A model generated the notes under the pieces. That model was not told where the DNA came from and searched no databases. It was given only the letters and a program-made list of their open reading frames with translations. DNA of 64,000 nt from Ascidiella aspersa (taxonomy: Eukaryota), in NCBI GenBank assembly GCA_963924565.1, contig OZ004608.1, forward strand, positions 9,424,001 through 9,488,000, given 5' to 3'. Both the position numbers and the translations under genes were made by a program. Shown here piece by piece: positions 49,621 to 62,882 of this stretch. Position 1 is the first letter of the stretch; every line of letters begins with the position of its first letter.

Positions 49621-52600
49621 TCACAAACAAGAACAACACGGCGGACATCGCACGTTCAATAAATAGCGACGGTAGGCTTGGTAGCACAGAAACATAACAA
49701 TCGGGCTGATAGCGAAAGTCAGCACAGAAAAGTTCAGGCTCAGCTCGCGCAGCAGCGCCGCGTAGCGGGCGTCCATCTGCTCGAACCAGTTCGTCTCGCG
49801 CCGCAAGATGTCGCACACGCGCAAGGGCAGCTGAGTAAGCGCGAAAGCGACCACAAGCATCGCCAGGAGAAAGTTAATGGAGCGTTCGCGCGTTACTTGG
49901 TGGACAGTTTGCCGGTGGATGCGACTGGATCTCCGCCGGACGCTCTTCCCACGTCCGTGAGGCGGCAAGGAGGAGTTCCCTAGCGTTCCAGGGTTGTTTG
50001 AGTATGCAAGCGATAGAACTGAGATACCAGACATGCATGCGACCGAAGGGGCGACTGGCGAGAGTGGCGCGCTCTCTGACATAAGGTGGCGATGCGAGGA
50101 CGCTATAGTGCGGATGCTGCCGTTGTTGGCTGCGATCTTCAGCACAGGGCTCGTCTCGTTCTCGGTGAGGTCTTCGCTGGAGAGCAGGGGCGAGAGGCGA
50201 GCGTGGTACTGCATGTAGGACGACTGCGAGAACTGCCGGTCCATGGCGAGGCGGTGCTGGTAGAGCGAGTCGCTTGTGTAGGTGCGGTTGCTTGGCAAAC
50301 TGTCGGTCGGGTAATTGTGCGTGTGCTCGACGATCGGTGCCAAGTCCAGGTCCTGTGCGCGCGCGTTCAGCGTTCCCCCAGCCTCGCTGCCGGGCTGCGG
50401 CGATCCTTTTCCCGCGTAGCGCTCCAGCTCCCGAAGTGCGCGGGCGAGTCTGCGGGCGATGGCGATGCAAAGTCCCGCGCAGGTCGCCACCGGGACGAAG
50501 AAGTAGAGCGCGAAGATCCACCAGTGCCTAAAAGCGGCGTAGAAGGCCATGAACTTGGCCAGCAACGACGGGAGACCTTTCCACGAGCCCGAGCCGCTTT
50601 CAACGCACACGCGATACTCGACGCTGACCCGCGTTGTCGTGCTATTGTCAGGCTTAATAGGAAGGCGCGCCACTACGTTCCTAATATCCCCCTTTGACGC
50701 GTCTTCGTACGTGGACATGGCCTTCATTAAGCGAGCGTTTGCTTCGGCGCTTCTCCGCAGCAGTTCAATGTACTCTTCCCTTTGGAAGGTGACGCCTCTT
50801 TCTCCGTTACTCGTCCACCTTGATTCATCAAAAACGACCGGCGGATCGCGAACTAGTGCCTTTGCAGCTCGCGTCTCTCTCATCAGCATCTCGGGCGCGG
50901 CGAGCAGCATGCAGCCCAGCCAGAGCACCAGCAGCTTGCAGGCGCCTCTGACGCGTGAATCCCGCGTGGCGTCACCGCGATCGCGACCCACGTGACCTGC
51001 GCAGCGCAGCCGATCGATGGCCAGTGCGCAGTAGCTGAAGACGGTGGCGGCCAGTAGAAGAGCCTGAAAAAGCACCGAAAGATAAATAATTGATTGTTCG
51101 CTGACGATAGGGAATGCTGTGCGTTAGATATGGAAAAGCTGCTGCTCAGGGCATTTCATTGAAAATTATAATTTTTTATACAGGTCGCCGTTTACCTTAA
51201 TTACGACTAAATAAAGTGTTATCCATTTAGTTTCAAAATGGCTTAACGGTGTTGTTATAATAATAATAGGTCAGCAACTGTGAAAAAAATTAAATTATTG
51301 TGGACATCTAATAAACCCGCTATATATTTATTAGAAATGTTATAACTATCAATATTATAAGAAGGCAGGAAAGCTTGTTATTTTTAGCATGACAATTCTT
51401 CTTTCAGTTGTGCCACATAATTTACGGATTAATATGTTGACCAATCAATTGTGCCTTAGGTAACCTGCCTGCAATTGGCTCGTTTGTTAAGTGTGCTCAG
51501 TGCACTGATTGAAAATCACATTTTTTCTAGATAGGTCGCCCCGATTACCTCAGCTTGACCATATAAACTGTTAGTCAATTATATCTTAAGTGACGTAACC
51601 CTGTTGTTAAAATAATAAATAATTAATTGAGCAATTGAGCAACACCTGTAAAAAGGTACAATTTTTTCGGTGTGTAATTTAATGAACATGTTGTATTTAT
51701 ATCTACGTTAAGTTTTAGAAGGTATAAGAAAAGTTTATTGATTTTAGCATGGAAATTTGTCTTTCACTTGTGGCACATAATTTACGGATCAATATGTAGC
51801 GTCAATCCATTGTGCCTTCAATTAAAATGGTCCAATCACTCGACACTCTCCTTTCAAACGTTAATTAGACTGAAAAGTTATAATTTGTAAGGCAATAAAA
51901 TAAAGTGTTAAAATGTAGAACCGCATAAATATAAACTTGAACGTGCTTGTAATCGCCGAAACAACTGTTCCGAGTTGTAAAACTTTTTTCGCGACACCAA
52001 AACGGCAACGTTGTGCAATTAGCGTCGCAATAAACGCTAATCAGCTTTAAAGGCGAACGATCTCAAGGGTGTCGCGCGACATATGGCGTGTCGCGTTCGG
52101 CGTCAAGGCGACTGTCGCGACAATAAAACCAAGCTAATCGCGTCCGGCGCTAAATCCCGCGCGACAACAAAACGCTTAAAAACGAGCAAACAAGATTTGC
52201 AAGACAAGTAGAGCTGCGAAATTCGGCAACCGACGCGTGTAGAGCAATTAGGGAAAGTCGAACATTAGTTAAGTTAAGGTAATCCAAGAAACACGAACAA
52301 CCAGCTAGTAAAATTTTGCAGGTACGTTTACGATCTATTAGATTTGAAACTTTGAAGCTGGGATCCGTACTCGTTTTGAACGCTACTCTATATTTTAGGG
52401 TTACTATTTTTAAACGGTAAAATCTCGCACATATTGATGTGGGTTGGATATTGGATAATCACCTCCAGCGGCACCAACAATGTTAAACATATTTGCAAGT
52501 TTTTTTTCTCCACACAGCCCGTTCTAATTTTCCTACAAAGTGGATTGATCACGGTAAAAAATGCCCTCACCCTCACAGACGCATAGCGCAATATCAAAAC

Positions 52601-55600
52601 CCCAACATGTCTGGAAAAATCTGGGCGTATAGGTATGACAACCTTGGTCTATTTCTTAATTCTAAAATCAAGAAAAGAGCGATTAGGCTTTGACAGCTTT
52701 AGTGTGTCGAATCCATTATTTCTTTAAAGTTTTGTTTGCATTTCGAAACCCTAATAAAGCATGAATAACCAAATGCTTCAATTTTAGAAAGTAAATGTAA
52801 CAAAGCGTGTGATTCTCATTTAAGCCCCAATCAAATCTCATTTAGTTGTTTCACCAACTTGTTCGCAACATTGTCTTAATAATACCAAAATATAAGTGTG
52901 CTTGTTTACTAACTAAAAAAAATCCGGTTGTCTATTGAAATAAAAACTGGTCGCGAAACAATATTTTAGCAACAAATTAGATCGGTGTGTAGGACTTGGT
53001 TCGAAAGGGAGGAATATTTGACCTTTTGCATGTTCTAGTTAAATGTCTGTTCGGGCCATTAACCCTCATGGCACGATAAGGGTTTGGAGATAAGGTTGAC
53101 CAGTAGACATCCAGAGAAACCGGCCAAGACGTAAAATAAACCACTAAAAAGTGGCTATAAACTGGAGTTAAAGCGACGAGCAAACGTATATTCGTGTTCA
53201 TTGCGCGAGGAGTAGCACCAATCAAACTTTCACCCATTCACAACGCTTCAAACACATATTGCCCCTGATTTTGACCTGCAGACGAACGAAGCTCGTGGGA
53301 AATCAAGCGGCGCGACGAAACTCGTCGACAAGTGCAAATCGAAATTCAGTCGGCGGCGGGGACGTGAAATCGCTGCGACAAGACAATCGATGCCGCATAT
53401 GCCGCCTTTGGCAACCGGCCGCGGTATGTGACAGTAATTCGACGGGACGGAAAGAGATTTTTTGGGAATGCCACAGTAAAAATTATTTTTGTACGATTTT
53501 TTTTTAATTAGAATTAACGCCGGGAAACGAGTATGTAAAGTGGGGATGGCCAATATACCGATTCCAGCATCGGTACTCTCGATACTATACAGTGTGATAT
53601 CGCTACCAATACAATGAAAAAAATTTGGTTTGACCATCTAAGTCACGTCAAACGATCCCGCACATGAATTTTAGCCTGGAATGCAAGTTTAACCACAAAG
53701 AAATCTTTTCAGCATTTTGCTTTAAAACACAATATCTTCTCTATATTTGGAGGAATTTATAACTTTATCACAGGAGTTGCATGACTTCTGCATGTCTTTA
53801 TTACAACTCTTTTTTTTTCGTTTGAATTAGTCCTAGAATTGTTATCATATTATTGGGACAAAATATCTAGTATCATTATTGTATTCAATTACAAAATTTT
53901 GGAAATGTGCCACGTGAACACCAAACAAACAAACTTCAACGCCAAAAACCAAACGTTTTCTACGTAGACACTTTTTTACCTTTCAAAAGTTATACTGTCA
54001 GCTTATACATACGAATTTCCTGTAGCACGCAATGCTATATGTATCCCTATTTAAGGCTTAAATAAGTTCGGGGATATTTCAGCCCTTGGGAGTTAATTTC
54101 TTCCTGTTAAATTGCAATGAGCGGAGTGAGTCGATAGCGAGACAATGAAACAAAATCGATTGCAATATATCCGCAATGCGATCAAATCAAGTCGAAGAGA
54201 TATCGAATGTGGAATTTGTTCAAGCCGCCATTATCCCCGGCTTGTCATTAGTCTCGTGCGTTCAATAATCTCGAATCCCAATAGAATGCCTTTAAATTAT
54301 AAATCGTGGTTTTGTTTCTAAATAATCCAAGTTTCAAAACACAGTTCGAAATAAGATCAGTCACTGATCCTAAAAGATGTAACAACATGTAGTTTTGATA
54401 AAAACATAGAAGAAAAAAAATCCCCATCCTTGAACTAGGACAAATGACTGAAGTAGCATTTTAAAGGATCAATCCTCCATTTTACGTGGTTTAAAATCTC
54501 TGAATTTTACTTGATTACCAGCAACGGCCATTTTTGTGCGCACAAAGGGCCTACAATTTAAGTTACTGAGAATATAGTTTGTTGGTGAACCTAAATACGG
54601 TTACATGGTTGGCGTCAGCTGCAGACAAACCGTCCGTCAACATTGCAACAGTTCCAACAGCAGTAGCCCGTCACATACCACCATTAGAACTTAAACGTGC
54701 ATATTTTCGCCGGGTTAAAATCTCAAAACTGAGGGACTCGAGATGACGGGGCGCCTCTAATCGGGCGTGACGACCCGTGACCGATTGACAAAGGCAAGAG
54801 GTCGAGCCCCTCGCTAATACTTAATTGCCGTGAACGATGCGCTACACACTTTCCGACTGTTGTCCGTCAAACAAACGAGGTTAACGCGTCGTCGTGGTCG
54901 TCCTATCAAGCAGATAGCGATCGAGAATCGTCTGGCGTGGCGAACCGTACTGACGCTCCGCTGTCGCAATGCAAAAACCGCACCGTTCATTTTCTGCCGC
55001 TTTTCGACAGCCGTGTAATGAAACCAATGCATGGAATGCAGCTGAAATTTTCGTTTTTTAACTATATTTTGTCGACTAAATAGGAAATCGACCCGACAAG
55101 TGTTCAAAACATTTTTCAGAAAAGTACAAACAGTAAAGCATATCTTTATGGAATCCCAAATCATTGGCAGCATATTTAAAGGCTGGTGTCGCTTTAATCA
55201 GGTTTGTAATTAAAAGGTACACTTATTTTGCACTATAGGTTACGTTAATTATGTCAATTGCGCAAAATAACAATATTGTAACTTCCAAACTTTAAAGACA
55301 GTCCCTATAAAAGAAGATTTTTTCCCCTTCGCAACACACCTTTCATACACTTATAAACCACATCCGATCGCTTGCTGGGCAAAACAAAGTACCGCCGAAC
55401 ATTTCGGGCCCAATTCGCACGCTCCACAAAAAGCGGGCAAGTCTTTAAGCCGATCGCCCATTGTCCGCGCAATCTCCGGCCGGTTATCTCGGCATTAAGA
55501 ATCGGTGCCAAGCAGCAGCGCCAGGCCACAGCTTGACTTGTTACCGGGCAAAAGGCGAAGAGGCACGACCCCGTTTCACACCGCCCGGCGCAGCCCTTTT

Positions 55601-58600
55601 AAGCCTTTTATCCGAATCAGGCTGCTTTGAATGCGCCGGTGACTGTCGCAACTACGGGGCAGCTCATGAAAGCCGACCAAGGGATTTTCGATTGGGCGTA
55701 ATTGATCCCCTCCGATAGAATCTGGTTCAGAACTTCAGCCGGATAAGAGTGCCGGTCGCGGCGGCATCAAACAGTCAAAGCGATTGACCAATGCGGGAAA
55801 ATTTCGCACCGCGAAAAAAAAATATATAGGCCGTCTAATGAGCTCGGCATACCCTTTGGTAATCGGAAATCTGCTCCAAAAAGTTTGATTTTTTTTAAGT
55901 TGGCGCCCCTGTGATAAGCAGGCGAACATAGTTTACAAGTGCCGATAAAATAAGTCACGTAGAGCCCGCATAAATCCCAAGCGCAGGTAATCGCATGCCC
56001 AGCCAACTCCAAGATCTCCAAGCGAGCGCCAAAGAATCCGTCAAGCGCGTGATTTCAGTCAAAAATAAATTGCGCGCTTTTTCGACCTGCCCAACTGCCG
56101 TCAGCGCCCGGCCGTGACTAATCGCACCCCCTTGCTTCCCCCCCCCTGCCCTGACCACATAATGAATAATTATCTCGATTCTCGCCCAAATGCCAAGTTC
56201 GAGTGCGATGCAGATTCGCTCGGAGATCGCGCGAAGTGTATTTCGGGCTCAGTTTACCCGCGTGGGTCGTACATCAGCATTAGGTTGATGGATTACACTG
56301 CGTGGGTCGAACCGACGATGCCCATTTCGACTTGTTTACTCTTTTTTCGGGTGTGTGGCGTTTCAAAACCAGGGGGTGTTGTTGTCTTACAGGCTGCAAG
56401 CAGGATTCCGGGGTGGTTTTGTCGTCTTATGTTTATGGAATGTATTCATTACAAAATATTATAACATCACTATATCTAGGTTAAGGGTGCAATTAATTTG
56501 TGCAGCTCTTGGAAATTATTCGGAATCGGCTGGCATCAGTGAAAGTATTTATAAGTTTATTTACAAATTTATTTATTACTACATGATTATATTTTCTTGT
56601 TCTAAATGTGTGAAGGAAGTATAAATTATTCTGTACGCACAGGCCAAGCAATCCATCAAGGTCGGCGGTTTTTCCGGGGACTAATAAATCAGCTAAATTA
56701 CTCTGGCCGGTGGTCCCCATACCCTATCCAGGAAAAGTAAACATCAAGAAATGCGTTTGTTTTTCCACGAAACAACAACAAACTGCGGCACAAAGCGACG
56801 AGGGGCAGCAAAATCCTCTCGGATTCCACAGCGAGAAATTTCTGATCAGCGACGAAGCGAGACGCGAAGTTTCGACCGCCATAAGGGGCCCTTGCTACCA
56901 ACCAGTCCAACACAATGCACAAAAATCCAAAGCTTCGCAGCCGAGCGCCGCTGAATGGATGCGACAGGCAAGAGCCCCGGACGCAGCAGCACCACTAATG
57001 GATTTTCGGGGGGGCGGGCCCTTCCTTTAGTCGGAATGTTTCCAATTTCGCTTGTCAGTGGGCGAAATCAGCCAAACAAAAGGATTCCTCCCAGGCTCGC
57101 GTTTTGCTCAGCTGCGCCCGCTGCACCTTTTCAGGCGCCCGCGCCCAATCCCAGATTGGCCTGTCATTCAGTAGAATCATCAACAGCAGGGATCTTTTGT
57201 TTCCGTTCTTTGCCCAGAGCCCCTTTTTATGTCGTTCGCATGTCAATTAACGCGCGCCGGGCAAACAAATAAACAGAGTTTTGTTCGTGTCTTGGCTCTT
57301 GGGACAAAGCGGCTTTGCTCCCGCGGGGTAACGAGAAGGCGACAAATTGCGGGAAACGAGTAGAAAGGGCGTGGTTGCGAGGAAAATAATCGGCTTTTGT
57401 AAATTGAAGCAAAATTGTGGTGTGAACCAACATTCGCTCAAAGAGATTGTTTTGTTTAAAGAATCAGTGCACTAAAAAATGCCATTCCTTTTAAAAGCTT
57501 GAAAAGCGACTAAAGGTGTTGGGTTTGACAATTGCTGCCTGTAGAGAGATAACTTGCTTTGAAACTGAGCAAATTAACTATTTTAAAAGTATGTTAAGTC
57601 CTGACCTTAAGTCATACGCAAAATAATTTGTTTTGTCCGGTTATTTTACAACAAATTGCAAATTCAGCAGTGCACAATAAATGTAGCGATGGCTAGGAGT
57701 GCAGCAACGTATTTATCATGGATTAATTACTTTCGCTTGATAACAACAAAATGAAACTGCCATAAAACACTCCCAAGTATGTTTCAATAACACGGGGTGG
57801 TTTGTAGCACTATGACTGCCTACAACAAAATATTATGATATTTGCTTGAAATTAAAGCCTAAACAAAGGTTTAACCTCAAAGTCGAAGTTAGTAACGAAA
57901 CAGCAAAACTAACTCCTACCTTTATTGCCAAACAACAGCTACAATATGCTTATTTAAAAATATGGTTTCCGTTGACCAGCCGCAAGGCTTATTGCTAAGC
58001 AAAACACTTATTAATTTTGGTTCGGCCACAATATGTTTATCTAAAAATATGTTTTTCGTTGACCTGACCACAAGGCTTCAGCCTAACAAAAAAAATAAAT
58101 GTTCTTTGGGTAAACGAAAAAACCCGAACATACCAAGAAGTCGGGAGTTTTGTTAACGTACGTACACGATAGATAAGTTTGCATGGCCTTTGCGCACAAA
58201 GCCTCCCTTTCCATTTAAAGATTTTGTGTGTACAACGACACAAAAGCAGGGTGAAAAAACGACTGCTTTCAATGCGACAGTGCAAACCAGCCTTTTAAAA
58301 TATTTGCATAAATATATGTAGTTGTTGCTTTCGGTATAATTACTAACGTAAATGTTACAATGAATTACACTGGGATTGGCAGTAGCGTCAAACTTTTATC
58401 ACCCAAAGTGCTTCTACATGTTTACCGACATTATGCAGAGCTTGTTTGCCTGGGAGCGAGTCAATTTCACGTCACGTTACGGTTATTAAAACAGAACGCC
58501 GGTCACCGGTGTGGCAGGAGATATAGAGTTGTAATGGGCGGCACAAATCGCTCAAAACGGCGACCACAATCAACGAAAGCGCGTTTGAAGTTGTCGCTAA

Positions 58601-61600
58601 CAGGGGCCACTTACATGCCGCTGCCCTCTTCGGTAAAACGGTTCACAGCAAAGGGAAAGTGAGCAAGTACTCGGTTTAACTGTGTGTGCGTATCGATCAG
58701 CTGTTTTCAGCTGGTGCGTTTGGGCGTTTGTTCAGCCGCGGGAAGACTGTCGATTGGTATTCCAAAACAAACAAGTCCTCACCCGCTGTGATGTAACGGC
58801 GTTGGCGACAGGAAATTTGTCGTCTTTCGATGAGTTTCGCCGACTGGGAGTTTTTTCTTAATTTTAAACTCGTTTAAGAGCATCTATATTGGTGCGATTG
58901 TTTACATTATTGAGTTGTTCGCGAACTATGACGTCACACAACAGGGCGCTTTGAAGTTTAGTTAACGCCGTCGGTTCGGCGCTAAATCGCCCCACTTGTC
59001 AAAACAGCGGCCCAGACAATCGCCATTCGCCTTGAACTGTCAAGGCGAAGTTCGTTTTCCCTCCAAAACGCGCCTTTCGCTCCGAAAAAGTGTGAAATCG
59101 TCCCATAACGCTATATGCACGGCCGTCACCGGACACCATTGAAAAGAGCGGACGACGCTGCCTAATTGGGCCTTCCTTACGGCAGGGAGACGAGAACCGT
59201 GTGAAAAACTAGCAGCACCCGCCTTCCAACGTGCCTTTTGACAGAAAAAGCAGCTCAAAGGGACAACAGTCCAAGGCCATTTCGTAGAGCGTTGGGTTGC
59301 CACTATTCTACCCCATCTTGTAGGCCGGTTTCCCTCTGGCTGCTTTTAAAAAAAACGACAATCGCCTTTGCAGGCAACTTCCCAGGCTAAAGTTGGCCAA
59401 AAACAGTAAAACGTATAATACGAAAAGGTTCTGGCTTATAAACTGGCCGAGAATGTTGACTTACTCTGTTGGTACATTCTCGTGAATCCCGTATGCCAGT
59501 TTCTTTCCAACTGCTTTAAAAATACTGCCATTTTTGCAAGCAAAATCCTAATCGCGGCAACAAATCATGGAAATGTAAATGGTTCTGGTCGGTAAACTGG
59601 CCGAGATTGTCGAATGACCCTGTTAGTACACTCTCTTTATGCGTTGGAAAGTCGTCGGAAAGGCAGCGCGGCCGATTCGATTACGCGCAAGCCGGCGATC
59701 GGATTTCACAGAGGATTTCATCGGCATCTTTGAGCGGCCGAAAACGGGCTGCCGACGCGCCCGGCAACCGCCAGTGCGTAATCCCCTTTTTGTTTTAATT
59801 GGCGATCGCAATAGCGTGCGTCCCAGTCCAGGAATTTCTGTGTCAATCCGGTTTCGTCGCGCGCGCCAAAGGCCTGTAATTACACACGGCCGAAGAGCGG
59901 GGACAACAGGCAGCGATTTGTGTGAAAGCGCGCCCGTTTTTACTTTCTCGCGAAGGGTAAAAGGTGGCGGCACCACGAACAATGGAATCCCACTTATTTG
60001 CCAGAGAAAGGGAAAACGGCTTTGTTGTTGTGCAGCCGAGACTATCGCAACGAGGTGTAAACACCGGAAGTTAGGCAAATGGAGGCGCATTGGTTTTAAT
60101 AGAATGGACCAAATTTAAAAGGCCCTTTCGAACAGCAAAACCTTAGTTGTAACACAACAACGGCCTCTTGCGCTTTTCAACTCAGTACACAAAAGATACA
60201 ATACAATGCACATAAGAAAAGTTCCCCTAAGCCCTGACTAGGGCCTAATATTAAACGAAAATGACTCTCGTAAATGACCAGGACTTAGAGAAGTTGTTAC
60301 TTTTTTTCTGCATTAGATTATGCCGAGCTCTGACGATCGGCAAATTTATGTCCCGGACATCTGCAAGGCTTAACGCCCTGGACTTCAAAGAACAAATCCG
60401 CAACTACCCGAAAACAGTGTGAACTGCACTAATCCGTCTGGTCCCTAACTCGCAGTAAATTTGTCAACACCCTTCAAAGCCACAGTCTGACAAGTAACAA
60501 GGGCCACAACAGCCAGCAACGGAAGAGGGTCTCCCGCAAGAAGCCTTAATATAAATATTACGTTCGAACAGGCCAGTTAATAAGACCGCACTGGGTCTCT
60601 ATTTGCAACAGATTTCTTGCTTTAATGCATTGTACATTATCTCACCTCTGTGGTCAGTTTGCAAGCTGGCTATTCTAAAACCACCTTTTTGCGAAAAGAG
60701 TACGAACATTTTTTTCCCTAATAGTAGACTCCCGTTTAGGAAAATTGTTTTATGAACTGTGCCACCAATTAAGCTAGTCAACATGCTGTCTGCTGTAAAT
60801 AAACCTCGGTGAAAATAGGACATGACAAAACCAGACAAAAAAGAGCCGATTACATTTAAAGTGGCCATTACAACCGGCCTATTGGTGTACATGTCGATTA
60901 TGTTTAGTGGGCTTAGCGCTTAACTATCAAGGGAGCCTATCATCCACGCGACAACGATGAAAACAAGTCCCCAAACGGACGACTTTAATCAACCGATACA
61001 CTTTCCCGTGAGTGATCTCGCGTTTGCATCTAGCCCTGATTGCAACAACTGCTCGACCTCTAGTCGTTTGTACCAAGGCAAAGGGCTCTGCAAGGCCAGC
61101 GAGGTGTCTGCTCGGCAGAAAGAGAAGCGAAAAGTAATTACTAATTGGACGTAATAGCGGGCAATTGACGCCAAAATAACGATGGGCAAACACTTCAGAT
61201 TTTTGCGATTACGACATGATTACGGCACGCGTGGGCCACACAAGCACAAACACTTCCGACCTGGCCTTAAAATAAGCGTTTCGAATCGCACTTTTACGTT
61301 TTGTACGTTTGTGTACAGTCGTTCACAAGTTGGCCAATAAAAGAAGTTTCAGTGCTCAGCACATCAAGTTTGATTTTTCTTCCCATTCGACGATTAATGC
61401 AATGCACACGCAAATCATAAAGTAAGAAACGTCAGGCATTAGGAGAAGAAACAGCCCTAAACCACAAGTGGTTATGCAAAGAGACTGACGCTGACTTAAG
61501 TCCTAAACTTAATTTCGAATAACACCAATCGCCGAAAAACGTTTTTTTAAATCGCACTTTTTACGTTTCGTTGATACGTTTTTGTGCATTTCCACAGTCG

Positions 61601-62882
61601 TTCACAAGTTTATTCAAGAAAAGCAGTTTCAGTGCCCATAGCATACATAAATTAGGTCTTACTGTGTGCATTTCGAAATTCGACTAACACAAAACGCCGA
61701 ACCTCGCTCACCTCAATATATGACGTCATGCGGCACGTGACGTCGCCGAAGATCCACTCGCGCGTGACGAGCGCCATCACGGAGCGGTAGGCGATGGCGG
61801 GCAGACAGGTGCACACGTAGGCCAGCTGAGCCGCGCTGCAGTTGGCCAAAATGACGTAGGCAGATGAAAGCGGCGCGTTCCGATGGCTTTGCGGGAAAAT
61901 AGAGAAACACAGTTTGGACTTAAGCCGGGCGAAATCCAAAAATAAAAGGTTGACCGGGGGTTCTAACGAATACCGACAGAAACCCCTTCGCATACCGAAA
62001 TGATAATTTTGAAATAGCGTAGAAAACATTGGGGTTCTTGGTTTACAAAACTACGTCACTTTTTGTAGTGATTTTATTGTTACTATAGTGTCCTATACTT
62101 CCAATTAAAAAAAAACATGTATTCGTTACGTTGCTGTTACGACACATAAATTCCATTCGTAGTTATGACAATTATTATCAAGATTGATATGACGTAAAAG
62201 TCGTCGTTTGGCCCTAATTAGTATCTTGAGGGGGATACAAGTTGCTGGATAACCAGGTTACAAATAGTGGCGGTGATGAAAAAATGCCAAGAAACGTCGG
62301 AATAGTATAAAACGTCAAGTCTCATTTTATCTGGATTGGTCAGAAATGTTTAAACACAAATTTGAATCAACGAACACAATCACTCTTTTATTCGTATTTT
62401 TGTTTACATTGTTGTAGCCCTGTTTTAACAACCCTTGCCTTGGATACCATTGCTGAATTACAAGAAACACGGCGCGCAATGTTACAGCCGCGACGCCGAG
62501 CCACCCCTGGTTAATGTTTCCCTTTTACCGCGTGAAAGATGACGACATTGCGCCGAAGAACCGCGACAGGGAAAGTCGCTCACGTCACCTGTGGCCCTTA
62601 TCCCCCCTTCCCGGGCGCGTTAATATTTTATAACGAGCACAGAAATCGGCGGAGGCGGCGAAACAAAAGGCACCTTTGTCGACGCGACGAGAAACACAGC
62701 ACGAGCAGGTGGCCGATAAAGCCGGCGAGGAAAATCGCTCCGAAAACGACCAGGACGGTGATGGCTGTCACTCTGGTTGACTCTGCTACAGCAAGAGAGT
62801 CAGCGTCCGCAGTGGATGGTGACCCTTCGCTCGGCCCCGAGTCAAACGGCGAAAGGCTGTAGAAGACCTCCTTGGTATCCAT
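49621..62882 (-). CDS. GPR37: Class A GPCR, GPR37/GPR37L1 (endothelin-receptor-like) family, ~608 aa; exons 62882-62674, 61886-61712, 51063-49621
   Basis: 7 TMs. EWIFGDVTCRMTSYIE|ALLLAATVFSYCALAIDR, KLLVLWLGCMLLAAPE, FRHWWIFALYFFVP, ERSINFLL...LPLRVCDI, SPIVMF and the Cys-rich tail track GPR37 motifs (CKIVPYIE..TFTLCALCIDR, ARLWWYFGCYFCLP, TPVLLF, CCCC). Orthology is by eye. Confidence 0.8.
51145..51820. repeat. Diverged ~355-bp tandem duplication in the GPCR intron
   Basis: Shared blocks attgaaaat..aggtcgcc..tgttgtta.aataataa..ttttagcatg..cacataatttacggat.aatatgt..attgtgcctt occur twice. Confidence 0.75.
61285..61645. repeat. Diverged short direct repeat pair near the GPCR exon 2 donor
   Basis: aatcgcacttttacgttt...acagtcgttcacaagtt...agtttcagtgc at ~61285 and ~61550. 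Confidence 0.7.

Noticed and set aside
52388-61193. Many 60-160-aa ORFs in the GPCR intron as a nested gene
   Set aside because: Overlapping on both strands, no recognisable motifs or consistent exon chain; expected from local GC richness.
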